From assembly GCA_902773475.1 (NCBI GenBank), contig CACYEO010000086.1:1-13165 (forward strand): a stretch of DNA of 13,165 bases, in the 5' to 3' direction. A program made the position numbers and the translations under genes. This DNA comes from an uncultured bacterium. GTDB taxonomy: Bacteria > Verrucomicrobiota > Kiritimatiellia > RFP12 > UBA1067. Below are positions 6,817 through 13,165 of the stretch, one piece after another; the stretch's first letter is position 1, and each line of letters starts with the position of its first letter. The notes beneath the pieces were generated by a model that worked only from the letters and a program-made list of their open reading frames with translations, was not told the origin of the DNA and searched no databases.

Positions 6817-7701
6817 GTGGATGTGAAAACCGAAACATGCTGCGTCTGCGGGCGGGAACTTCCGAACCGCTACGCCGTGGCCGGCCGCTGCGATGCGGAC
6901 GGCTGCGGCGCGCCGTTCTGTTCGCTCCACTGGCACGACGGCAACGGGAAGTGCCCTGCGCACGGACGGGAAGAGAAAAAAGAATCCGGCAATCGAGGAG
7001 GAGAGGGAATGTCCGAACATGAAACGATAGAAGGCGAAACCGCCGCATCCGCAGTCCCCGCCGCGCCGCCGCCGCAGGCGGAGCCGCGTACGACCGGGAA
7101 AACAGTCGCCGCGGCCGCGCTGAAAGGCTCCGTCTCCATAGGCAGAAGCGCAGTCGCGTATTTCAAGAAACTGTGCGGAATACGCGATCCCAAGGCCGCG
7201 CTCGCGGAGGCGGAAGCGTCCCTCGCCGCGGTAAGAGAGCGCAGAGAGCCGCTTTCGGCGCGGTACGAAGAGCTTTATTCGAAGATTGCCGCCAAAAAGA
7301 AACTCCGCGACGGCGCTTCTCCCGCAAGGCGCAAAATGCTGGACATGGAGCTTCGCACGCTTCTTGCGGAATACAAGAGCATAGAGCGCGAGGTGTCCGC
7401 GCTGTACAGGAAAGAAGAAATGGTCGTCACGGTCAGAGGCCGCATGAACGAACTGGTCGTACAGGGCCTGCCGATGCCGCGCGTCGAAGACGTCGACCGC
7501 CTTGCAGACGACATTTCCGACGCCCTCGACACGGATGAAGACCTTGCCGATGCCGTGGGCGAGCTGGACAAGATCGGCGCGGGACGCGAGCGCCATGCGC
7601 CGAATCTGGACGAGGAACTCGCGGAATTCGAGGAATCGGCGCCGGAGGGCGAAACCGCGCGGCTCAGGCCGGAAAACCCCGCCGCCACTGTCGGGGAATG
7701 A
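6817..7701 (+). CDS. Zinc-ribbon protein with a Snf7/ESCRT-III-like (or PspA-superfamily) helical domain. The helical half is basic at its N-terminal end and strongly acidic at its C-terminal tail.
   Basis: A GTG start overlaps the upstream stop (GTGAGGTGAgacgGTG), with a GAGGTG SD. The N-terminus is CCVCG..CDADGCGAPFCSLHWHDGNGKCPAHG. The central segment has KKLRDG..RRKMLDMELRTLLAEYKSIEREVSALYRKEEMVVTVRGRMNELVVQ followed by VEDVDRLADDISDALDTDEDLADAVGELD. This resembles yeast Snf7 ...NMDIDKVDELMQDIADQQELAEEIS. The acidic tail is LDEELAEFEESAPE. The ESCRT-III assignment is inferred from sequence similarity and charge asymmetry, without profile search. Confidence 0.7.
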   Translation: MDVKTETCCVCGRELPNRYAVAGRCDADGCGAPFCSLHWHDGNGKCPAHGREEKKESGNRGGEGMSEHETIEGETAASAVPAAPPPQAEPRTTGKTVAAAALKGSVSIGRSAVAYFKKLCGIRDPKAALAEAEASLAAVRERREPLSARYEELYSKIAAKKKLRDGASPARRKMLDMELRTLLAEYKSIEREVSALYRKEEMVVTVRGRMNELVVQGLPMPRVEDVDRLADDISDALDTDEDLADAVGELDKIGAGRERHAPNLDEELAEFEESAPEGETARLRPENPAATVGE

Positions 7702-7719
7702 CGATCCGGAGGTGACCGA

Positions 7720-9111
7720 ATGGCGTTGTTCATGAGCGAAGCCGAAAGAAGGCGCGATGCGCGGCGGCGCCGCCGCCGCGCTTTGCGCGAAGTCCGCAAC
7801 GCCGTGGATGCGGCGAGGTTGAAGCGCGATGAAATATGCAAGCGCCGCGCGGATGAATGGAAGGCCGCGCGGGCTGCGCTTTCCGCCGGAGACGAGGCCG
7901 ACGCGCGGCGGCGGCTCGAGTCGGTCAGGACTGACGATGCCGCGCTGAAGCGCCTCGACGCCCGGCTGGCCCGGTTCGAGGCGCTTGAACGCGAAATGGA
8001 ATGCGCCGACGCCGATGCGGCGTTCGACGAGGCGTCGGCGTCTCTTTCTCGCTTCGTAAAGGCTCCGGAGGAGGCCGGGGAGGCCGAATCCGCGCCGCCG
8101 CCCTCCGTGGACGAACTGCTTGAACTTCTCGCCAGAGAACCTGAAACCGAAAAAACCGAAGGAACGGCCGGCCGTCCGAAACCGCCGCCGGCGGCATCGT
8201 CTCTGAAGGTGGACGGCGATGCAGACGCGTCGTCGAAATGGGTCGCGACAAAGCCGTCCGCCGTGCGCCTTGAAGACGTTGTCGGTCTTGACGATGCCAA
8301 GACGGCCGTGATGGACGCGCTCGTCAATCCCGTGAACCATCCCGACATATACAAAACGCTCAAGGTCGCGCCCGGAACAGGGCTTCTCCTCTACGGCCCG
8401 CCGGGAACAGGCAAGACGCTTTTCGCGAAAGCCGTCGCCAACGAAATGGGGCTGCCGTTCCTCGACGTCCGCTGCGACAGACTGAAAAGCAAATACGTAG
8501 GCGAGACCGAAAAGAACGTGGCCGAAATGTTCCGCGCCGCCCGAGCGCTCGGCAGATGCGTGCTGTTTCTTGACGAATGCAACGCGATTCTTTCCCGCCG
8601 CGGAGACCAGAAGGTCTGCATGGTGGAGCAGTTTCTTGTGGAGCTTGACGGGTTCTCGACGTCCGACGCGCAATTGTTCGTCTTGATGGCCACGAACCTT
8701 CCCTGGACGCTCGATCCCGCAATCACGCGCAGCGGCCGCCTGAGCGAAGCCGTTTACGTAGGACTGCCTGACGAGGCCGCGCGGCGCAGGCTGATTGCAA
8801 ACGCGTTCAAGGACGCACCTCTGGCGGCGGATGTGGATCTCGACTCTCTCGCCGCCCGCACGGAGGGGTTCAGCGGCGCCGATCTGGCGGCCAAGGGCGG
8901 ACTTTGCCACAAGGCCAAGACGTACGCGGCCCGCCGCTGGGTGGAGCGCCGTACCGGCGCGCCGGCGAAAGACGGCCCGGCGTGGGACGCGGTCGAGCGG
9001 GTGACGGCTGCGGATGTCGAAAAGGCGCTTGCGGGAACCGTTCCGGTCGCCAGTTCGGCGGCGGATATCGTGCAGCGCAACAGGGAATTTTCTCTCAAGA
9101 AAGAGGTGTAG
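7720..9111 (+). CDS. AAA+ ATPase of the Vps4/katanin ('meiotic') clade with an N-terminal Arg-rich helical domain that may be MIT-like.
   Basis: RBS GGAGGTGA lies upstream. The Walker A region is [48 protein letters not shown] (compare Vps4 [26 protein letters not shown]...[22 protein letters not shown]). Walker B is [11 protein letters not shown]. The SRR/arginine-finger region is ILSRRGD...FLVELDGF. The clade-typical sequence is [20 protein letters not shown] (Vps4 GATNIPWVLDSAIRRRF). Confidence 0.9.
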   Translation: [463 protein letters not shown]

Positions 9112-9114
9112 CGC

Positions 9115-9690
9115 ATGGCCTGGAAACTTGACGACAGCAGCGTCGGCCGCGAATTGAAGACCGGCGCCGGACCGAGCAAGAGGGAAAGATCTCTTCCTGC
9201 GGACGTCGCTTACGACGTGCAGCGCGTGCTGTACAGAAAATGGATCATCGCCGCGATAGAGTATCTGCTGAAGTTCGCCTTCTTCGCCGGACTGCTGTGG
9301 CTGGCGTGGCGCGGCGTGAAGTCGCTGCTTCCGGAAGACACCCCGGCTCCGCAGGCCCCGGCCGCCGTCCAGGCGGTTCCCGATGCACCGGCCGCGCAGG
9401 CGGCCGCCATAGGCGCGCCCGCAGTGCTCGGCCTCGCCCTGGCGGTGCTGCTCCTCCCCGTGATGACGATATCGTTCATAAGGACGATGGTTGCAAAGCG
9501 GTCGAACAGAGTGAACGCGTTCACTTTGGGCGTGTATACCGCGATAGACATGATCCTGGCGTATTTCATGGTAGGCGCGTCGCTTGAAACCGCCGTCTCC
9601 GCCGTGCTTTTCACCGGGGCGTCGTTGCTTTCGCTGATATACAACATGACTGTGATGAACTATGCCGTGAAACTCGAAGACGGAAAGTGA
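9115..9690 (+). CDS. Small integral membrane protein with 3-4 predicted TM helices and unknown function.
   Basis: RBS AGAGGTG lies upstream. The hydrophobic segments are IIAAIEYLLKFAFFAGLLWLAW, VLGLALAVLLLPVMTISFI, FTLGVYTAIDMILAYFMVGA and AVLFTGASLLSLIYNMTVM. Confidence 0.7.
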   Translation: MAWKLDDSSVGRELKTGAGPSKRERSLPADVAYDVQRVLYRKWIIAAIEYLLKFAFFAGLLWLAWRGVKSLLPEDTPAPQAPAAVQAVPDAPAAQAAAIGAPAVLGLALAVLLLPVMTISFIRTMVAKRSNRVNAFTLGVYTAIDMILAYFMVGASLETAVSAVLFTGASLLSLIYNMTVMNYAVKLEDGK

Positions 9691-9701
9691 AAGGCTGGCA
9701 A

Positions 9702-10667
9702 ATGGGCAGGCTTGACGAGATAGAAGCGCGCATCGACGCGCGCATGGCGGATATCGACAACCGCATTGACGCGATAGTCGGCGGGAACGGAACCGTGCCT
9801 CCAAAGGCAGGCTCCGCGGATACGCACAGGGGCTTCGCTCCGTTTGCGGAATCGCAACAGCCGGGAACCGCGCCTGGGATCCGCGGAATCGGGACGGCGG
9901 GCCGCGGGTCCGCGAGGCGCGTCGGACTGTGCGTGGGTTTGAACACCGTAGATTCTTCGGCATATCCAGGATACACCGTTCCGCCGCTTTCGGGCTGCAT
10001 CGCAGATGTGGAACGTCTCATGTGCGTGTTGAACAGGCTTGAATTCGAGGCCGCGAAACTTGTGGACGGACAGGCGACATGCGCCAATCTCTACAATGCC
10101 GTCAAAAAACTGACTGCCGTGTTGGAACCCGGAGATCTGTTCGTGCTGCACGTGTCCGGACACGGCGGACGGGTGAACGGCACGGGCGAGAACTGGTGTC
10201 TGTACGACGGGCTGGCGTGGGATTCCGACATCGTCTGGCTGTTTTCGCGCTTCCGTCCCGGCGTCCGCGTTCTTGTCATAAACGACCAATGCCATTCCGG
10301 CGGCATCTTCCAGTCCCGGAAGGCCGATGCGCCGTCTCCGTTCGGCGAACTGTGCAGGGCCGACGGACGCCCGGCGGACTGGGACGCCGGCGCCGCCGTG
10401 GCCGGGAAGGATTTCCCGATGCTCATCCAATTCGCCGGATGCCGCGCCGAGCAGACCAGCATCGACGGACTCGCCGGGGGAACCTGGACCCAGGCGCTTG
10501 TCAATGCGCTTGACGCCGCCGTTTCGCAGAATGCATATCTTACTTACAGGCAGTGGTTCGACTGCGCGTTTGCAAGCCCTGCGCTCCAGCGCGGGCGGCA
10601 GGATCCGCAGTGGGTGGAGAGTGCGGGCGTGACGGATGAATTCCGCGGTTGCGCGGCGCTTTTCTGA
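9702..10667 (+). CDS. Caspase-like cysteine peptidase (C14, metacaspase/orthocaspase-like) with a short N-terminal coiled-coil. An alternative GTG start at 9687 overlaps the upstream stop.
   Basis: The sequence runs VGLCVGLNTVDSSAYPGYTVPPLSGCIADVERL...LVDGQATCANLYNAVKKL...GDLFVLHVSGHGG (catalytic His in SGHG, nt ~10161)...GVRVLVINDQCHSGG (catalytic Cys in D-x-CHSG, nt 10290-10292). This is the metacaspase-type D[AS]CHSG signature. Confidence 0.85.
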   Translation: MGRLDEIEARIDARMADIDNRIDAIVGGNGTVPPKAGSADTHRGFAPFAESQQPGTAPGIRGIGTAGRGSARRVGLCVGLNTVDSSAYPGYTVPPLSGCIADVERLMCVLNRLEFEAAKLVDGQATCANLYNAVKKLTAVLEPGDLFVLHVSGHGGRVNGTGENWCLYDGLAWDSDIVWLFSRFRPGVRVLVINDQCHSGGIFQSRKADAPSPFGELCRADGRPADWDAGAAVAGKDFPMLIQFAGCRAEQTSIDGLAGGTWTQALVNALDAAVSQNAYLTYRQWFDCAFASPALQRGRQDPQWVESAGVTDEFRGCAALF

Positions 10668-10683
10668 CAGCGGGGGCATTGCG

Positions 10684-11997
10684 ATGAAACATGTTTTCGA
10701 CAGCAGGGATTTTTTGGCGTCCGCCAATACTGAGCGGCGCGCCGACGGAATGCGGCCGGACGTCAGAGACGCTCCGGCACAGGACGGAAAGGTTCCACAG
10801 TGGATGACCGCATCGCTTGCAAGAACCGTGATCGTCACGCTTGCGATAGGAGCGATGCTGTATTTCGTCTTTCAAAACGAGTTCCTTTCCCGTCTGGGCA
10901 ATTGCGTGCTTGCGGCGTTGTTCGTGCCTCTTTTGAGCGAACTCGTCGCCGGGCTTCTGCGCAGGAAAAACGTGCAGCGCGTTTCGGGCGTGCGCGCGAT
11001 TGCGGCATGCGACAGGAAATACGTGAAATTCGCCTGCTTTGCGCATCTGCTTCTCGCAGCCGTCCTTGCGGCATTCATCGCGATAGGATTCTGGAACGGA
11101 AGGAGCAAGTCCGGGGCGGACGTGGCGAAAGTCTCTGACGGACAGCCTGCCGGGGCCCCGGCGGAAACAGCGCCTGAACCTGAAGCGCCCTGTTCCGGCA
11201 GACTTGCAAAAGCCGGCGCCGCGAAAGTCTCGCCCGGGCAGATAAAGGCGTATTTGACGCCTTCAGACGCCGAGGTGGAACAATTGTACCAAATGGTCGT
11301 CGCGGCTCCGTTCGTCGCCGAGAACCTGCAGTATCGCGACCGCCTTGCGAACATTCCGTTCGTGTATATCGCCACGAACGATGTTGTCAATGCCTCTTCG
11401 CTTCGAAATGTCGTGGAGAAGAACGGAGAAAAGTCGCTCGTGTTCCATACGGTGCTCTTCGGCGGCGCGGCGCGGTACGCCCGGCTCGTCGGCCTCGCGG
11501 CCGCTCTGCAGGACTCCGGACGCGGGGACATGCTCAAAAAGTTCGTGGCCGCGATGCCTAAGCGCTTCTGCGGCGTCTGCGACGAAGAGTCCTGCGAAAA
11601 ATTCATAACGGACAACGGATTGGACGAAGCACTCGCAGACGAGAAAATCCGGCTGCGCGCCGTGTCCTATTCCTCCGGCACGATAATAAGCATTCTCGCG
11701 CACGAGTGCGGACATCACGCCCTCGGGCATCTGCTGGGCTTTCCCCGGAAAGAGAATCTGTCCATCGACCGGAACCAGGAGCGGGAGGCTGACTCTTTTG
11801 CGTCGTCCGTCATCAGTGCAAGTCCGTTCGGAGAGTTCATATTCGCGGGAACCCTGTTTTGGCACTATGCAGTCGCCATGCAGTCGGAGGACGGCCGGTC
11901 TGCGGCTGGCGACCATCCGCATTCCAGAGAGCGTTTTGAGAATTTCGTGAAATCCAACCGGGAAAAAGCGGCGGCGATGGGAATAACGCTGGAATGA
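10684..11997 (+). CDS. Membrane-anchored zinc metalloprotease, M48/M56-like (HExxH...ExxAD). A longer in-frame start at 10636 would overlap the caspase gene.
   Basis: N-terminal TM helices are ARTVIVTLAIGAMLYFVF, CVLAALFVPLLSELVAGLL and FAHLLLAAVLAAFIAIGFW. The zinc-binding site is ISILAHECGHHALGHLLG (nt ~11701-11730), and the downstream QEREADSFA resembles the third zinc-ligand Glu motif of M48 peptidases. Confidence 0.8.
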   Translation: MKHVFDSRDFLASANTERRADGMRPDVRDAPAQDGKVPQWMTASLARTVIVTLAIGAMLYFVFQNEFLSRLGNCVLAALFVPLLSELVAGLLRRKNVQRVSGVRAIAACDRKYVKFACFAHLLLAAVLAAFIAIGFWNGRSKSGADVAKVSDGQPAGAPAETAPEPEAPCSGRLAKAGAAKVSPGQIKAYLTPSDAEVEQLYQMVVAAPFVAENLQYRDRLANIPFVYIATNDVVNASSLRNVVEKNGEKSLVFHTVLFGGAARYARLVGLAAALQDSGRGDMLKKFVAAMPKRFCGVCDEESCEKFITDNGLDEALADEKIRLRAVSYSSGTIISILAHECGHHALGHLLGFPRKENLSIDRNQEREADSFASSVISASPFGEFIFAGTLFWHYAVAMQSEDGRSAAGDHPHSRERFENFVKSNREKAAAMGITLE

Positions 11998-13165
11998 CTG
12001 ACGAAACATTGAGCGATGCTGTGACGCTTGACGGCGGGAATGACCGGATTCTCGCCGGGCGCTATCGCATATTGAAACAGCTCGGCGCAGGCGGCATGGG
12101 GTCGGTCTGGCTCGCAGAGGACATGCAGTTAGACAACAAGCTTTTCGCAATAAAGATGCTGCCGCAGGTTGTCGCTTCCGACAAGGAAGCCGCCAACTCG
12201 GTCAAGCGCGAAGCGAAAGTCGCGATGAAGCTTTCGCATTCCAATATCGTCGTTTTGCGCGATTATGTCGAAAACGGCGGCAATCCTTTTTTGCTGATGG
12301 ATTATGTCGAGGGCATGCCCCTGTCATCCTGTCTTGCGGATTGGGGACGGCTTTCTCCCGAAGAAACAATCGCTCTTCGCGCTCCTGTCGCCGCCGCCAT
12401 AGACTATGCGCACACGCAAGGCGTGATACACCGGGACATAAAACCCGGCAATATAATCGTCCGCGCAAAAGACGTCACGCCGTTCGTGCTGGATTTCGGC
12501 ATCGCGCGCGATGTGCATGAAAGCATGTCGCGAATGACCGGCAAACAGCCGTCGGGCACATTGATGTACATGTCGCCGGAGCAGATCAACGGCGAACTCC
12601 CCGCAAAGGCGCACGACATATATTCGTTCGCCGCCACGGTGTACCAGTGCCTTGCCGGAAAACCGCCTTTCAGCAGGGGCGACATAACCCACCAGATTCT
12701 CGACAACCCTCCCCCGCCGTTGCCTCCGGGATGCTCTGGCAGGCTTGGCGCGGCGGTAATGGCCGGTCTGGATAAAAATCCGGCTAAACGGCCTTTGTCG
12801 TGTACTAATCTGCTGCGGGGAATAATTCCGGACGGCAAAAAACCGCGGCGCTTGCTAAACAACATGCTGCCGCGCCCTTCCAAAAAAAGGATATTGCCGT
12901 TTTTTATCACGGGCGTTCTTGTTTCATTGATTGCCGGCGGTGTATATTACGGTTTGTCTAAACAATGGAAAACCAGTGATGGAAATGCCGTTCCAAAGCA
13001 CGGCGACACGAAGACAATCACTCTTCCAGACAGAGCGACGACGGAAATGGTATACGTCGAGCCAAAGCACGGCGACACGAAGACAATCACTCTCCCCGGC
13101 GGAGCGACGATGGAACTGATATATGTCGCGCCCGGCTCTTTCACGATGGGAAGCCCTTCTTTCGA
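11994..13165 (+). CDS. Hanks-type Ser/Thr protein kinase with a TM segment and an extracytoplasmic FGE-sulfatase/SUMF1-like domain. It is 3'-truncated by the window edge.
   Basis: I translated this myself, because it has no stop in the window and is therefore missing from the ORF track. The ATG overlaps the upstream TGA (ATGA). Kinase motifs are LGAGGMGSVW (G-loop), FAIKML (VAIK), VIHRDIKPGN (catalytic loop, nt ~12428), LDFGIA (DFG) and YMSPE (APE). The TM segment is ILPFFITGVLVSLIAGGVYYGL. The start of the FGE-type domain is MELIYVAPGSFTMGSP. Confidence 0.9.
   Translation, partial: MTDETLSDAVTLDGGNDRILAGRYRILKQLGAGGMGSVWLAEDMQLDNKLFAIKMLPQVVASDKEAANSVKREAKVAMKLSHSNIVVLRDYVENGGNPFLLMDYVEGMPLSSCLADWGRLSPEETIALRAPVAAAIDYAHTQGVIHRDIKPGNIIVRAKDVTPFVLDFGIARDVHESMSRMTGKQPSGTLMYMSPEQINGELPAKAHDIYSFAATVYQCLAGKPPFSRGDITHQILDNPPPPLPPGCSGRLGAAVMAGLDKNPAKRPLSCTNLLRGIIPDGKKPRRLLNNMLPRPSKKRILPFFITGVLVSLIAGGVYYGLSKQWKTSDGNAVPKHGDTKTITLPDRATTEMVYVEPKHGDTKTITLPGGATMELIYVAPGSFTMGSPSF
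12993..13130 (+). repeat. In-frame tandem duplication of a 69-bp (23-codon) unit inside the kinase gene.
   Basis: CCAAAGCACGGCGACACGAAGACAATCACTCT occurs at 12993 and again, identically, at 13062. The remainder of the two copies is diverged (PKHGDTKTITLPDRATTEMVYVE versus PKHGDTKTITLPGGATMELIYVA). Confidence 0.85.

Noticed and set aside
2607-13165. This locus could be a type VI secretion regulatory module (PpkA/Fha).
   Set aside because: No T6SS structural genes (TssB/C, Hcp, VgrG, TssM, ClpV) are present. The AAA ATPase here is Vps4/katanin-like, not ClpV-like.

Overview
This window is a GC-rich (about 65% GC) bacterial region in which all convincing coding sequence lies on the + strand. 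It opens with an AT-richer intergenic leader (about 170-380) that carries several short tandem repeats and a sigma70-like promoter. Twelve tightly packed, partly overlapping genes follow (383 to the window end) and look like one operon, with the start codon of several genes overlapping the stop of the preceding gene. The recognisable products are listed in the features below. They are an excisionase/MerR-type HTH regulator with a C-terminal Cys cluster, an SPFH/flotillin-like protein with an N-terminal double zinc ribbon, a zinc-ribbon FHA protein, a lipoprotein, two paralogous secreted proteins, a zinc-ribbon protein with a Snf7/ESCRT-III-like helical domain, a Vps4/katanin-clade AAA+ ATPase directly downstream of it, a small polytopic membrane protein, a caspase-like (C14) protease, an M48/M56-like metalloprotease, and a Hanks-type Ser/Thr kinase with a TM segment and an FGE-sulfatase-like domain cut off by the window edge. 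The most notable feature is the adjacent Snf7-like and Vps4-like pair. Embedded in a cluster with an SPFH protein, two proteases and FHA/kinase signalling, it suggests a bacterial ESCRT-III/Vps4-like membrane-remodelling or quality-control system, or possibly a conflict system, that is not a standard annotated operon. The long minus-strand ORFs are GC-driven antisense artefacts.
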